From Thermoanaerobaculia bacterium (GTDB lineage: Bacteria; Acidobacteriota; Thermoanaerobaculia; Gp7-AA8): a DNA stretch of 61,928 bases. Location: NCBI GenBank assembly GCA_035688915.1, contig DASSMK010000245.1, positions 1 to 61,928 on the forward strand, written 5' to 3'. Shown here piece after piece: positions 8,566-20,200 of this stretch. The notes beneath the pieces were generated by a model that did no database searches, was not told the DNA's origin, and saw nothing but the letters and a program-made list of their open reading frames with translations. The position numbers were made by a program, and so were the translations under genes. Within the stretch, counting starts at the first letter, position 1. Every line of letters begins with the position of its first letter.

Positions 8566-9546
8566 TCAGTAGATCGATCCGTTGCTGGAGCTGAGCGCGC
8601 CGCTGTTGGCGCTCACGGTATATGCCGTGCCGCCGCTGCCCGTCCACGTCGACAGATTGAACGTGGCGGAGCCGCTGACTTTGTAAACCGGCAGGTTGGT
8701 GTACGTCAGCGGCGAGCCCGAGACGCAGAGCTGCGGTGCGCCGGCGGAGCTCATGAAGTACGCCGCGCCACTGCCGACTCGCGTCGCGGCGCCGGTGGGC
8801 TCGACCAGGATCGCCGTCGCTTCATCGATGCCGATGCCGCGCGCGGACGACGCCCAGCCGTCTTTGATGACGCGTGCAAGAAACGTCACCAGGCGGCCGA
8901 GTCGATCGCGCGTCACGAAATGCGAATCGGTGATCACGCCGCCGAGGTTCGCGATCTGCACGAAGTCGCGATCGAGCGTGACGTAGCGGTGGTAGGGATT
9001 GGCGAGCGCCTGGCTCGATGTCACCGAGCCGCTCGCGCCGGTGTAGATGAACTGGCCGAGGACGGCGAGGCCGGCGCTCGTGCCGCCGACCGGCGCGTGC
9101 TTCGTGTTCGCCACGTAATTGATCGCATCGGCGACCGGCGTTCCCTTCCAGTTGCTGATGTACGTCGACTGATCGCCGCCGGCGATCCACAGCGCCTCCG
9201 CGTTGCGGATTTTCGCCACGACGAACGGATCGGCCGCGGCGGTGCGCGAGGGGATGATCAGCGTTTCCACCGAATCGACAGTGCCCAGCGCGTAAATATA
9301 GGGGTTGTACGCGTCGGTGCCGGTCGTGCGGATCACGACGAAATCGCCGCCGCCCGATTTGCCGATCATCCATTGAAATGCGGCGTCGACGTCCGTGCCT
9401 CCACCCATCAGCACCGTTCCGGCGGCCGTGGTGGTGACGACGTCGTTCTGATTGCCGACCGCGAAGTATTGATAGCTCGACTTCGCCGCCGCCAGCGGCA
9501 GGGCGAAGAGGGAGAGCAGCAGACCGGTGATCAACGCTCGGGGCAT
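8566..9546 (-). CDS. Secreted cyanophycinase-like peptidase S51 / class I glutamine amidotransferase-like protein
   Basis: ATG at 9546 with AGGAGA 5 nt upstream. Signal peptide MPRALITGLLLSLFALPLAAA. Motifs LMGGGTDVD, WIAGGDQ and the nucleophile-elbow-like GGTSAG. Confidence 0.7.
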   Translation of the reverse strand: MPRALITGLLLSLFALPLAAAKSSYQYFAVGNQNDVVTTTAAGTVLMGGGTDVDAAFQWMIGKSGGGDFVVIRTTGTDAYNPYIYALGTVDSVETLIIPSRTAAADPFVVAKIRNAEALWIAGGDQSTYISNWKGTPVADAINYVANTKHAPVGGTSAGLAVLGQFIYTGASGSVTSSQALANPYHRYVTLDRDFVQIANLGGVITDSHFVTRDRLGRLVTFLARVIKDGWASSARGIGIDEATAILVEPTGAATRVGSGAAYFMSSAGAPQLCVSGSPLTYTNLPVYKVSGSATFNLSTWTGSGGTAYTVSANSGALSSSNGSIY

Positions 9547-9677
9547 TCGATTCTCCTTTTTCGTTCTCGCGTGTGTCACGGTGGATGGATGGCAGCGCGG
9601 AATTTACTGTGGAACGTGCGGCGGCGCCAGAGGGACCGACGGGCCCCCTCGTCGGGGCCCTGTAGAATTCGCGCGGC

Positions 9678-11081
9678 ATGACGCAAATCTCCTTCGGCAC
9701 CGACGGCTGGCGCGCCGTCATGGCCGAGCAGTACACCTTCGACAACGTCCGACTCGTCAGCGACGCCATCGCTGTCGCGGCGCGTACGCTCGAGCCGTCG
9801 GCGCATGTCGATCGCAACACGCTCATCGTCGGGTTCGACCGGCGCTTTCTCTCACGTGAATTTGCGCAGATCGTCGCGGAATCGCTGCGCGGCGCCGGCT
9901 ACGCGGTCCTGCTCTCCGATCGCCCCACGCCCTCGCAAACCATCTCCTTCACCGCCCACCATCGCCAGGTCCTCGGCGGCGTCGTCGTCACCGCCAGCCA
10001 CAATCCGGCGCGCTACAACGGTTTGAAATTCAAAGCGTGGTACGGCGGCGGTGCGTTGCCGGAGACCTACGCCACGATCGCCGCGAAGCTCGGCGAGCGT
10101 TCTGCGCGCGACGGCGGCTCGATCACCGAAACGAACATCCTCGACGACTACATCGCCGGTCTGCGCGCGCAACTCGACGTCAGCTCGATGCGATCGCTGA
10201 AGATCCTCCACGATCCGATTCACGGCGTCGCCGCCACGCTTCCCTCGCAAATTCTCGGGCGCGACGTCGACAGCATTCGCACCGAGGTGAATCCATCGTT
10301 CGGCGGCGTGAATCCCGAGCCCATTCCGGAGAACCTCGGCGCCTCGCGCGAAGTCATGCAGCGCGACGGCTACGACCTCGCCATCTGCAACGACGGCGAC
10401 GCCGATCGTCTCGGCATCCTCGACGAGCGCGGCGAATTCGTCTCACCGCACAAGATCCTGGCGCTGCTCGCGCTCTACCTCGTGCGCGAAAAGAAACGCG
10501 ACGGCGAAATCGTGAAAACGTTTTCCACGACGCGCCTGCTGGAGAAAGTGGCGCGCTCGCTCGGCGCGACGCTGCACGAAACGCCGATCGGCTTCAAGTA
10601 CGTCGCCGATCTCATGCTCACGCGCAGCATTCTCCTGGGCGGCGAGGAGAGCGGCGGCATCGGCTTCGGCCACTTTCTGCCGGAGCGCGATGGCATCCTC
10701 TCCGGCCTCGTCGTCGCCGAAGCCGTCGCGCACTACGGCAAGCCGCTGTCGCAAATCATCGCCGCGATGGAAGAGGAATTCGGCGCGCTGCACTACGACC
10801 GCCGCGACGTGCATCGTCCCATCGAACAATGCGCGCGCCTCATCGAGCGTGTGAAAGCGGGGGAGCTCGATGGCGCGTTCGGCCTCGACTTCACCAAGCG
10901 CGAAGAGACCGACGGCGTGAAAATGAACTTCGCCGACGGCTCCTGGATCCTCTTCCGCAAAAGCGGCACCGAGCCCCTCATCCGCATCTATTGCGAGTCG
11001 CCGTCAGCGGAGCAGGTCCAGTCGATGCTGAGACGGGCGGTGGAGGAGCTGGACCGGTCCCCCGGCCGGCCAGGCTCATAG
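9678..11081 (+). CDS. Phosphoglucomutase/phosphomannomutase family protein (alpha-D-phosphohexomutase)
   Basis: FGTDGWRA start, active-site TASHNPARYNGLKF, metal loop DGDADR, sugar loop GGEESGG. Confidence 0.9.
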   Translation: MTQISFGTDGWRAVMAEQYTFDNVRLVSDAIAVAARTLEPSAHVDRNTLIVGFDRRFLSREFAQIVAESLRGAGYAVLLSDRPTPSQTISFTAHHRQVLGGVVVTASHNPARYNGLKFKAWYGGGALPETYATIAAKLGERSARDGGSITETNILDDYIAGLRAQLDVSSMRSLKILHDPIHGVAATLPSQILGRDVDSIRTEVNPSFGGVNPEPIPENLGASREVMQRDGYDLAICNDGDADRLGILDERGEFVSPHKILALLALYLVREKKRDGEIVKTFSTTRLLEKVARSLGATLHETPIGFKYVADLMLTRSILLGGEESGGIGFGHFLPERDGILSGLVVAEAVAHYGKPLSQIIAAMEEEFGALHYDRRDVHRPIEQCARLIERVKAGELDGAFGLDFTKREETDGVKMNFADGSWILFRKSGTEPLIRIYCESPSAEQVQSMLRRAVEELDRSPGRPGS

Positions 11082-11307
11082 GCTCACAGGCTCACAGGCT
11101 CAGAGTAGCGGGGCGCTCCGAGCGCGAAGCGTGCGGAGTTGCAGCAGCGGGTTAGGCTCAAAGGCTCAGAGGCTGAAACGCTCAGAGTAGCGCGCGCGTT
11201 GCGAGAGCGATCCTTCGGGCGATTCAACACATGACAAGCGCGTGGTGCTCTCAACCTCGCGCTGCGCGTGCTGCTCTGAGCCTTTGAGCCTGTGAGCCTT
11301 TGAGCCT
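11072..11307. repeat. Intergenic element made of three copies of an (AGGCTCAN)x4-AG module: two direct, one inverted
   Basis: Module A at 11072-11105, module B at 11154-11187 (both followed by TAGCG), and inverted module C at 11274-11307. B and C plus flanking bases can form a long imperfect hairpin. Confidence 0.8.
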
Positions 11308-11365
11308 GGCCCCCCGGGTGGGCGGGGGCAACCGGCAATGCTAGGATTCGCCGCGGAGACTACGA

Positions 11366-13744
11366 GTGCCGACACCAGAGCAGACGCAGGACACGCGCAC
11401 GCAATTCACGCGTGAAAGCATCATCGACGACTATCGCATTGCCGTACGGAGCCGGCAGGCCAGTCTCATCGGACGCAAAGAAGTCCTGACCGGCAAGGCC
11501 AAGTTCGGCATCTTCGGCGACGGCAAGGAAGTGGCGCAGCTCGCGTGGGCGCGTGCGTTCCGCAAAGGCGACTGGCGCAGCGGCTACTACCGCGACCAAA
11601 CGTTCATCCTGGCCTGCGGCATCGGCACGCTCGACGAGTTCTTCGCGCAGCTCTACGCCGACGCCAACGTGGAGCACGACCCTTGGTCGGCCGGCCGTTC
11701 GATGAACGCGCACTTTGCGTCGCGCCTCCTCAATCCCGACGGCACCTGGCGCAGCCAGACCGACTCGTACAACACCTCCGCCGACATGTCGCCCACAGGC
11801 GGACAGATGCCGCGTCTCGTCGGCCTGGGCTGGGCTTCGAAGCTCTATCGCGAGCTCGGCGAGCTCAAAGATGCGACGCAGTTCTCGCGCAACGGCGACG
11901 AGATCGCGTGGGGCGCGATCGGCAACGCATCCACCGCCGAAGGGATGTTCTGGGAGTCGATCAACGCCGGCGGCGTCCTCGGCATCCCCATGGTCGTCTC
12001 CATCTGGGACGACGGCTACGGCATCTCCGTCCCGAACGAATTTCAGATCACGAAGAGCAATCTCAGCGAGCTGCTGAAAGGCTTCCAGCGCGAAGCGAAA
12101 TCGAAAGCCGGCTACGACATCTACACCGTCAAAGCGTGGGATTACGCGGCGCTGTGCGAAACGTACATCGCCGCGGCCACGATCGTGCGCATGGAGCACG
12201 TGCCCGCGATCATTCACGTCACCGAAGTCACGCAGCCGCAGGGGCACTCGACGTCGGGAAGCCACGAGCGCTACAAGTCGAAAGAACGGCTGGAGTGGGA
12301 AGTCGAGTACGACTGCATCCGCAAGATGCGCGAGTGGATGATCGCGCAGGGCATCGCCACGGCGCAGGAGCTCGACGCGCTCGAAGAAGAAGATCGCAAG
12401 ACCGTGCGCGATGCGCAGCGGCGCGCGTGGGAGGCGTATCGCGAGCCGATCGATGCCGAAGTGAAGGAAGCTCTGGCGCTGCTGGAATCGATCGGGGAAG
12501 CGGCGCAGCCATTCCGCAATGAATTGCAGCGCGTGCAGTCACCGTATCGCCGCGACGCTGTACGCGCCGTCGCCAGCGCCGCCATCGTCACGCGCAATGA
12601 CCGCGCGGTGGAGTGGGCGAAAGCGCGGCAGCAGGAAGGCGACACGCGTTACGGCGCGCATCTCTACAGCGAAACCGCCGAAGCCGCGCTGCGCGTCGAA
12701 GAAGTGAAGCCGCAGTACGCCGACGACGCGCAGGTGCTCAACGGGTTCGAGATCATCAACCACTGCTTCGATCACGCGCTGCGCCGCGACCCGCGCATCA
12801 TCATCTTCGGCGAAGACGTCGGCAAACTCGGCGACGTGAATCAGGGCTGCATGGGCCTGCAGGAAAAGTACGGCGCGTACCGCGTGCTCGACACGGGCAT
12901 TCGCGAATGCACCATCGCTGGCCAGGCCATCGGCGCCGCGCTGCGCGGCCTCCGTCCCATCGCCGAGATCCAGTACCTCGACTACCTGCTGTACGCGCTG
13001 CAGATCCTTTCCGACGATCTGGCGACCGTGCGCTGGCGCTCCGCGGGCGGGCAGAAGTGCCCTGTGATCATCCGCACGCGCGGCCATCGCCTGGAAGGCA
13101 TCTGGCACTCCGGCTCGCCGATGGGCGGCATCATCAATCTCGTGCGCGGCATGTACCTTTGCGTCCCGCGCAACATGACGCAGGCGGCGGGCATGTACAA
13201 CACGCTGCTGCGCTCCGACGATCCGGCCATCGTGGTGGAAGTGCTGAACGCGTACCGCTCCAAAGAAAAACTCCCCGCCAATATCTCCGACTTCACGCTC
13301 CCTCTCGGCGTCCCCGAAGTGCTGCGCGAAGGCAGCGACGTGACGCTCGTGTCGTACGGCGCGACGCTGCGCATCGTCATCGAAGCGGCGGAGCTGCTCG
13401 CGCAGAGCGGGATCGAGGCTGAGGTGATCGACGTGCAGACGCTGCTGCCTTTCGATACGAAGGGCGTCATCGTCGAATCGCTGAAGAAGACCAATCGCGT
13501 GGCGTTCATCGATGAAGATGTGCCGGGCGGCGCGACCGCGTTCATGCTCGAACAGGTCATCCAGCGCGATCGCGGCTACGAATGGCTCGACTCCGAGCCG
13601 CTCACCATCGCCGCCAAGGAACATCGTCCCGCATACGGTTCGGATGGCGACTACTGGTCGAAGCCGAATCGCGAGACGATCTTCGCGAGCGTGTACGAGC
13701 TGGTGCGCGAAGCGAATCCGCGCAAGTACCCGCGCATTTTCTAG
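11366..13744 (+). CDS. Fused E1 alpha/beta subunit of a thiamine-diphosphate-dependent 2-oxoacid (branched-chain type) dehydrogenase
   Basis: 792-aa ORF with a GTG start. The N-terminal half is E1-alpha-like (TPP-binding) and the C-terminal half is a transketolase-like pyrimidine-binding plus C-terminal domain (DTGIRECTIAGQAIGAA...). Confidence 0.85.
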   Translation: MPTPEQTQDTRTQFTRESIIDDYRIAVRSRQASLIGRKEVLTGKAKFGIFGDGKEVAQLAWARAFRKGDWRSGYYRDQTFILACGIGTLDEFFAQLYADANVEHDPWSAGRSMNAHFASRLLNPDGTWRSQTDSYNTSADMSPTGGQMPRLVGLGWASKLYRELGELKDATQFSRNGDEIAWGAIGNASTAEGMFWESINAGGVLGIPMVVSIWDDGYGISVPNEFQITKSNLSELLKGFQREAKSKAGYDIYTVKAWDYAALCETYIAAATIVRMEHVPAIIHVTEVTQPQGHSTSGSHERYKSKERLEWEVEYDCIRKMREWMIAQGIATAQELDALEEEDRKTVRDAQRRAWEAYREPIDAEVKEALALLESIGEAAQPFRNELQRVQSPYRRDAVRAVASAAIVTRNDRAVEWAKARQQEGDTRYGAHLYSETAEAALRVEEVKPQYADDAQVLNGFEIINHCFDHALRRDPRIIIFGEDVGKLGDVNQGCMGLQEKYGAYRVLDTGIRECTIAGQAIGAALRGLRPIAEIQYLDYLLYALQILSDDLATVRWRSAGGQKCPVIIRTRGHRLEGIWHSGSPMGGIINLVRGMYLCVPRNMTQAAGMYNTLLRSDDPAIVVEVLNAYRSKEKLPANISDFTLPLGVPEVLREGSDVTLVSYGATLRIVIEAAELLAQSGIEAEVIDVQTLLPFDTKGVIVESLKKTNRVAFIDEDVPGGATAFMLEQVIQRDRGYEWLDSEPLTIAAKEHRPAYGSDGDYWSKPNRETIFASVYELVREANPRKYPRIF

Positions 13745-13782
13745 CGTTGCACGCGTCCTTCTGCCAGATCGGTGCAGCCGTT

Positions 13783-14232
13783 TCAGATGCCGTTCATGTA
13801 GCGGCGGAGGAACTGGATGTACTTCGGATCTTCGTCCGCGAAGATGTCGGGGCCTCCCGCCATGTAGGCTCGGGCCAGCTCGTCTTTGGCACGCTCGACG
13901 TTCTTTAGTTCGTACTCGACCTCTCCGAGCCGGAGATGCATGAACGCGTTGCCGAGTGCGTCCGGGCAGAACATTGCATGCTGCAGCGTCTGCCGCGCTT
14001 CCTCGTGGCGGCCGAGAATGTAGAGGACATCACCGATGGCGGCGAGCACCCATGTCGACGCCTCCCAGTCCTCGATCGGCGCTGGCAGCATGGCCAGCGC
14101 CGATCGAAAACGTTCGAGTGCCGGTTCGTACTGGCCCGTGTCGACGAGCGCCTCACCTGCGTTGGTCGTAGCGACGAGGCGTTCGTAGAGCGCGTCGTCC
14201 AGTGCTCTTGGCGATCTCTTTTTGATCATCAA
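13783..14232 (-). CDS. TPR-like putative immunity protein of the upstream RHS toxin
   Basis: 149-aa ORF whose ATG overlaps the RHS stop (ATGA at 14229-14232). Helical TPR-like repeats (YEPALERFRSALAM..., GRHEEARQTLQHAM..., ELKNVERAKDELARAY). Confidence 0.7.
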   Translation of the reverse strand: MMIKKRSPRALDDALYERLVATTNAGEALVDTGQYEPALERFRSALAMLPAPIEDWEASTWVLAAIGDVLYILGRHEEARQTLQHAMFCPDALGNAFMHLRLGEVEYELKNVERAKDELARAYMAGGPDIFADEDPKYIQFLRRYMNGI

Positions 14233-17200
14233 TTGTCAGGTCCCGGCCAATGCCCGGACCAGCCGCTGGGTCTTCGGTATTTCGCCTTGAGGCTCGCGCC
14301 ATTGGAACTATTAAGCGGCCCGTACTCGAAGATGTAATTGGCAGGGTCGCGCATCCATGCCCTCACTTCCGGCGATCGCGCTCCGTACTCCCAGAACTCC
14401 TCGTTCCATGCAGTGACGGCATCCACGGGATTGTGTCCCATGTGGATATTCCTGTCCAACTTCATCCACACACGCGGACCGCCGTTCTTGACCGGCACTC
14501 TCACCCACCAGGCACCGGCGCGCTTTTCGGCCAGGTTTGCGCTTTTCATGTTCCTCAGAACTGCCTGACCGGTCGCGCTCCATTTTCCCGGAGTGGCACC
14601 GACGGACAGCCGGCGACACGATGCTTTGACGTTGTGGACGAGAACGCGGGCCGGCGAAACGTAGTAGTCCTCAGCTTTTTCGACGCTGACGTTGTAAACC
14701 GGGGCAGGCGTGCTCGTAGCCGTCGTTTCGACGGAGCGGATGGGCACCGGCTGGCCGCGGTCATCGACGAGCGAGATGGTGGAAGTCAGCTCGGAGGCGG
14801 CGATCCAGCCCATCCCGTAGCCGCGGAACCGATGCGACGGCGTGGCGAGGATCTCGGTGCCGTCTGCCGTGATGATTCGAGTGACGTGATTCGTCTCGCC
14901 CTGATGGGTTTCGTAGACGCTGAATCGTCCGTGACCTTCGCCGCCGAGCGCATAGCCGGAGACCGACTGTCCGCGGCGGACTTGCTCGATCGGTTGCAGC
15001 GAGCCGTCGGCCATGAGAACCGTCTGGCCCGCGAGGAAGCTCGAGCAGGGAACGGACGACTCGGCGACATCTGCCGCTTCTGCTGCTTCGGCGCCGACCG
15101 TCTCGGCCGCGTCGGCGGATTTGCCGCGCACCGCGCGCGACAGCGCGCTCGCACCGTGTCCGAGCATCGGCGTCAGTCCGGCGCCGAGGCCGCCCAGGAG
15201 GCCGCCCATCAGCGCGCCTTCGAGCACCTCCTCGCTGTCGCCTCCGCCCATGGCCGTGTACGCCGCCCCTTCGCCGGCGCCGACGAAGACTGCGCCCGCC
15301 ATTCCGAGCTCCGCGCTCGTAATGCCTGCTGCCGCCGCCGCGGTGCCGAGCACAGTGGCGCTGGCGACACCCGCTTCGATCCCGAAACCGACCGCGCCGA
15401 GGGCGGCTCCGCCGAAGATTCCGGCGTAGGTACTGCCGGATGTCCAGTCCCAATGGGCCGGGTTCCACCGGTGATTCACCGTCGCGCCTCCCATGTAGGC
15501 GCCGAGAGCTGCACCTGCCACGATCAACGCCGGGATCAGAAAGGCGAAGCGGCCGTCCGGATCGATGATGCTGGCCGGGTTGTTGCCGCCATAGAGATAC
15601 GGATTCATGTACTGGCCTGCCGGATCAGGCGTCGTGAAGCGGCCGGTGCGAGGATCGAGATAGCGCGCGCCGAAGTCGTAGAAGCCCGACGCCTCATCAA
15701 ACCGCTTCCCGCCGAACTTCGGACGCGAATCATCCACGCCGGCGGTGACGGTCGGTTCCAGAAGACCGAACGGCAGATACCGGAGCGAGGCGCGGTGAAC
15801 GCCGTCGGTTGCGGTGACAGCGATGGTGTTCCCGGCCTGATCCTGCGCGAAATACCGCACACCGATGATCGGGTTCCCCGCGCCGTTGGGGCCGGGGCTC
15901 AAAGACGCCCATGCCGGGTTGACGCCCTGCAGCAGGACCGTGAGCACGAGCAGGCGCGCCACGCTGGCGAAAAGCCGGCGCCGCCGCGGCAGAGGTGAGG
16001 CCGGCCTGCCGGAGATGAGGAGGAACAATACCGCCGCGAGGAGAGATACGGCCGCGGTGCCAAGCGGCGCCAGACGCAGTGTCCGGGCGAACCAGCGGTC
16101 GAACAGCGACCGCACGCGGAGCCAGGGGTCGGGGCTGTGGTCGTACATCCGCCCGCGCATCTCGTGATCGATGGCTGCCTTCCCACCACCGGGAATCGCT
16201 GGCAGATTGGCATTCTCGGTAATCGCCACCATCGGTCCATAGGGCCCCTGGATCGTCTTCGTGCTGATCACCCGGCCCGTCTCCGGGTAAAGGACGATCT
16301 CGTAATCGGGCATCACCAGGAATGTCGACGTGTCCTGATCGCCGCCGCGGCCGGTCAACTGCCGGTAGACGATGTCTCCCGCGAAATCCTCCGCATAAAG
16401 GGCACGCTTCGGGGTTTGTCCTTGCTGGACTGAAGACAGCCTTCCGTCGAAGTGGTAACGGTACGCATAGAGATCGCCGTCGCGGAGCAGCGTATGCAGC
16501 GTGCCGTTGCCGTTCCAGGTCATCTGCAGACCGGGACCGTTCAGCATTCGATCGTTGGACTGGTCATAGGCGTACGGTCGTGGCCCCGCGCCGGCGGAAA
16601 TGCTGAGGCGGTTGCCGGCGCGGTCATAGGTGAAGCTGTTCGTGGTGGGGCCGACCGTCGCGCTCTTCAGATATGACATGGGCGGCGTGTCGTAGACATA
16701 GGAGCCGATGGCGACGCTCGGCGCGCTCTCGGTGATGAGATTGTATAGACGGTTCCACTGGTATTGGCGTTTGGTGAGGTCGATGCCGTCGCGCTGCCGG
16801 TGCACTGTGATCGTGGAGATCGCGCCGCCGCTCAGCTTCGCCTCGTCGTAGTAGTCGTGGCTGACGGAGACGGTATTGTCGAACGTCTCGAGCGCAGGCA
16901 TTGCGTAGGCCGTGTAGCCGCTCAGCGTTGCGTAGGTTTTCTGCGTGCCGTTGACGTCGACGAGCGTGTGCGTGGATGGATTGCCGCCGGCGGTGTAACC
17001 AAAGTCGAGGCGCGAGCGGTCGGGGAAGTGCTCGGATGTGACGCGCCCTTCGGGCGAGAAATCATAGCCATAGAGGAACGACCAGTTGGCGATGACCGCA
17101 AGACCGGACGTGACGTGTCCGTACGCGTCATAGCCGAACTGATGCGAGACCGTGATGTCATCGGCCGTCCGTTGGACGCTGGTGAGATGCCCTAGTCCAT

Positions 17201-20200
17201 TGGACGTATTGCCGTCGAATGCGAACGTGGTCGTTGCTGCGGCGATGCTGTCGCCGCTCTCGATGATCGTTTGAGGACGTCCAAGCAGGTCCCACGTGTA
17301 ATCGATGCGGTTCTCTGCGCCGTCGGTGATCGACTCGACGCGGCCGTCGATGTCGTACGTATACGTGCGCGTGCCCGCGTCTGGCGTGGTGTGCGCGTGA
17401 ATCCGTCCGATCGAGTCCCAATCCAACGTGGTCAGCCGCTGGTCGGAACCGGCGGCGATGCTCAGCGGCTGGCCCAGAGGATCATAGGTATAGGTGAGCG
17501 TCGACTCGTTCGGGAGCGTTCGCTGGATGAGGCGGCCGCGCGGATCGTATTTTTGAATGTCGGTCACCGCGTCGTCAGTTCCGGCGGCGCGTGTGTGCGT
17601 GACGGTGCGCGCGCCGCGCGTGTAGACGAATGTCTCAGCGACTTTGTCCGGACGCGTGATCTTGACGGGGCGGTCGTAATCGTCGTAGTCGATGGTGGTC
17701 CACGCGGTGGTCTTTCCGCTCAATGACGGCGCGCCGGTGCTCGAAACTCTCCCCGCGCCATCGAACTGAAGCTCCTGTTCGATGACGACCGCGCCGTCGC
17801 TGTCGCCCTTACGGTCGGTTTTATAGGGACGGTCGAGCGCGTCGTAATACGTTCGTCGCCAATGCCACGAATCGGTGGCAGGCTGGCCCTGGGGAATGCT
17901 CGCGAAATCAGAAGAAGTCCAGTCGGGACGCGTACGCTGGACCATGACGGTGCCGCCGGCGGTGCTTTCCCAGTGCGTCGTCAGCAGAACCTTGCCAACG
18001 CCTTGCGGGTCCGGCCCGGTCACGGAGACCGGCCGTCCCATCTCGTCGAAGGAGTACTCGGTTACGTTGCCGTTCCAGTCGGTATGTTTGGTAATCGTGC
18101 CGAAGCGGGTGTCGTATTCATAGCTCTCGACGAGATGTTTTCCGTTGGGCGTATCCGGAGACGTCGACCTCGTCATGAAGCGATGACTGTCGTCCCACTC
18201 GTACGTCGTCTGTGCACCGTCGGCCGTCGTGACCGCGGTGAGATTGCCATACTGGTCGTACGTGTATTCGTTGCGGAGCCAGTCGCCGCGGTGGTCGTCC
18301 CAGAACGCTTCTGAGGCCGTATTCATCGCGCCGTCGTATGTGAGGTGACGCAGCTGGAGATCGCCGGTGGCGAAGCCGGGCGCGTCGCCGAGAAAATTCA
18401 CACAGTTGATGTAAGAGAGCGTGTCCTTCTGTGCCCGCAGGTATCCCAGACGCCACTCTGCGTCGTCGTTGTCGTACCGCATGCAGAGGTAGTGGTCGTC
18501 GGTCAGGTCGGTCGGATCGCCGAGCTCGTCGATGCGGACGACGTTTCCGCGCTTGCCATAGTGGTAGACCCGCCTCAGCGAAAATTCGGCGGCACCGTTC
18601 TTCTGGCCCGCGTACGTCGTAGCCGTCTCCATGACGGGCACGATCTGATGGATGCCACGCGACTGCATGTCGTCGGCGGCATTGTCGGCGTAGGTGATGG
18701 TCGTTGATGTGAGCGCAATCTTCGCCTTGTTGTAATTCGTCACGGTTGTGGCCTGGCCCACGACGGGCCACTTCTGGCTGTACTGAATGGTGGTGCTGCG
18801 CTTGTCCTGGTCGGTCGTGGTGATGCCGGAGAAGCCGAGCCAGCCTTCGCCGTGCGCGCCTACGCGTGCTCCCGTATACGTCTCCGTGTATTTGTAAGTG
18901 CCCTTTTGGCCGTCGTCGACGGAGTAGGAGGAAACGACCGGCAGAGGGACGACCACGTCGCGCACGCCCGGTTCCGTCGCCGTTCCCTTCGTGTAGACGC
19001 TCGAATCCGTCAACGGTGCGTACTCGATCTTCGTTTTGCCACCCGCCGCATTGGTGATTGTCGACACCAGGTCCGCTTGCGATGCGTTCGGATATAGCCG
19101 TGAGAGGTCGAAAGACGCGAAGTTTGCGTTCGTTGCAACGAGAAGGTCGTCATTAGCGTCGCCGTCCAGATCGGCCGACAGAACGCCGAACGGCCAGCGC
19201 CCCATTGAGCCGTCCAGTGTCGTTTGAGCTTCCGACGCGAGCTCCCACGAATGTCCGTTCCTGTTGTACAGAGGCGTGACCGCCGTCTTGCCGTTTACAG
19301 GTTGGATCATGGCCAGGTCCGCGAGCTTGTCATCATTGAAGTTCGCGGCCACGACCGTCGTCACCGGGCCTTGAAGCACGAACGTAGGCCCCGCGACGAA
19401 TCGCGTCTCATTCGTGCCGGCTGCACCGGTCGAAATGAAGGTTTCAATTTTCGTATCGAGCAGAGAGACCGTGGCAGCGATCAGATCGCTCAGACCGTCG
19501 CCATTGACGTCGGCGCTGAAAAATTTCGTGCTCTCCAGGAAACCGAAGGTGGAATGCTTGTACGTCGAATCGTAGATAAAGCTGTCGTTCTGTGCGCGGA
19601 ATGTGACGAAGCCGCTCGGCGAAGCGGCCACGACGTCCATACGCCCGTCGCCGTTGACGTCCATAGGCAGATAAACCGAGGAATCGGTGTCGTTGGCGTA
19701 GGAGTATTGAGCGCCCTTCGTGAATGTGCCGTCGCCGGCAGATAAGTACGGAGTGATCGAACTGATCGTCACGACCATGACATCGGACAAGCCGTCGGCG
19801 TTGACGTCGCCGGACACGAGCTTGAAGAAGGAAAAATCGCTGATCCCGGCGTCCTCGATCAAGTCGCTCGACCCGGCGGCGCCGAACATCGTGCCGTCGG
19901 AACGATAGCTGTAGAACTGCATCCTGGTCTTTTTCGGGTCGTTGGTCGGCAGCCGCCTCATGACGACGAGATCACCGCGGCCATCGCCGTCCACATCGTT
20001 CGGCACAATGGCGATGGCCGGCTCGCGCCCCCCGATGGCAGGGCCGAGGTCGAGCGTTTGTGGCGCAGACGTTTTCAACGCGGTACGCCCCGTCGAAGCG
20101 TGCACGCTCACGTAAACATTCGTCGCCCAGTAACCGGTGTGATCGTATGTGGACTGATACGTGGCGTTGACGATGTCGTCGCGTCCATCGCCGGTCATGT

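Noticed and set aside
11084-11375. Short ORFs (84 and 69 aa) inside the octamer-repeat region
   Set aside because: Their sequences are simply translations of the AGGCTCAN repeats and their complement, with no start context.
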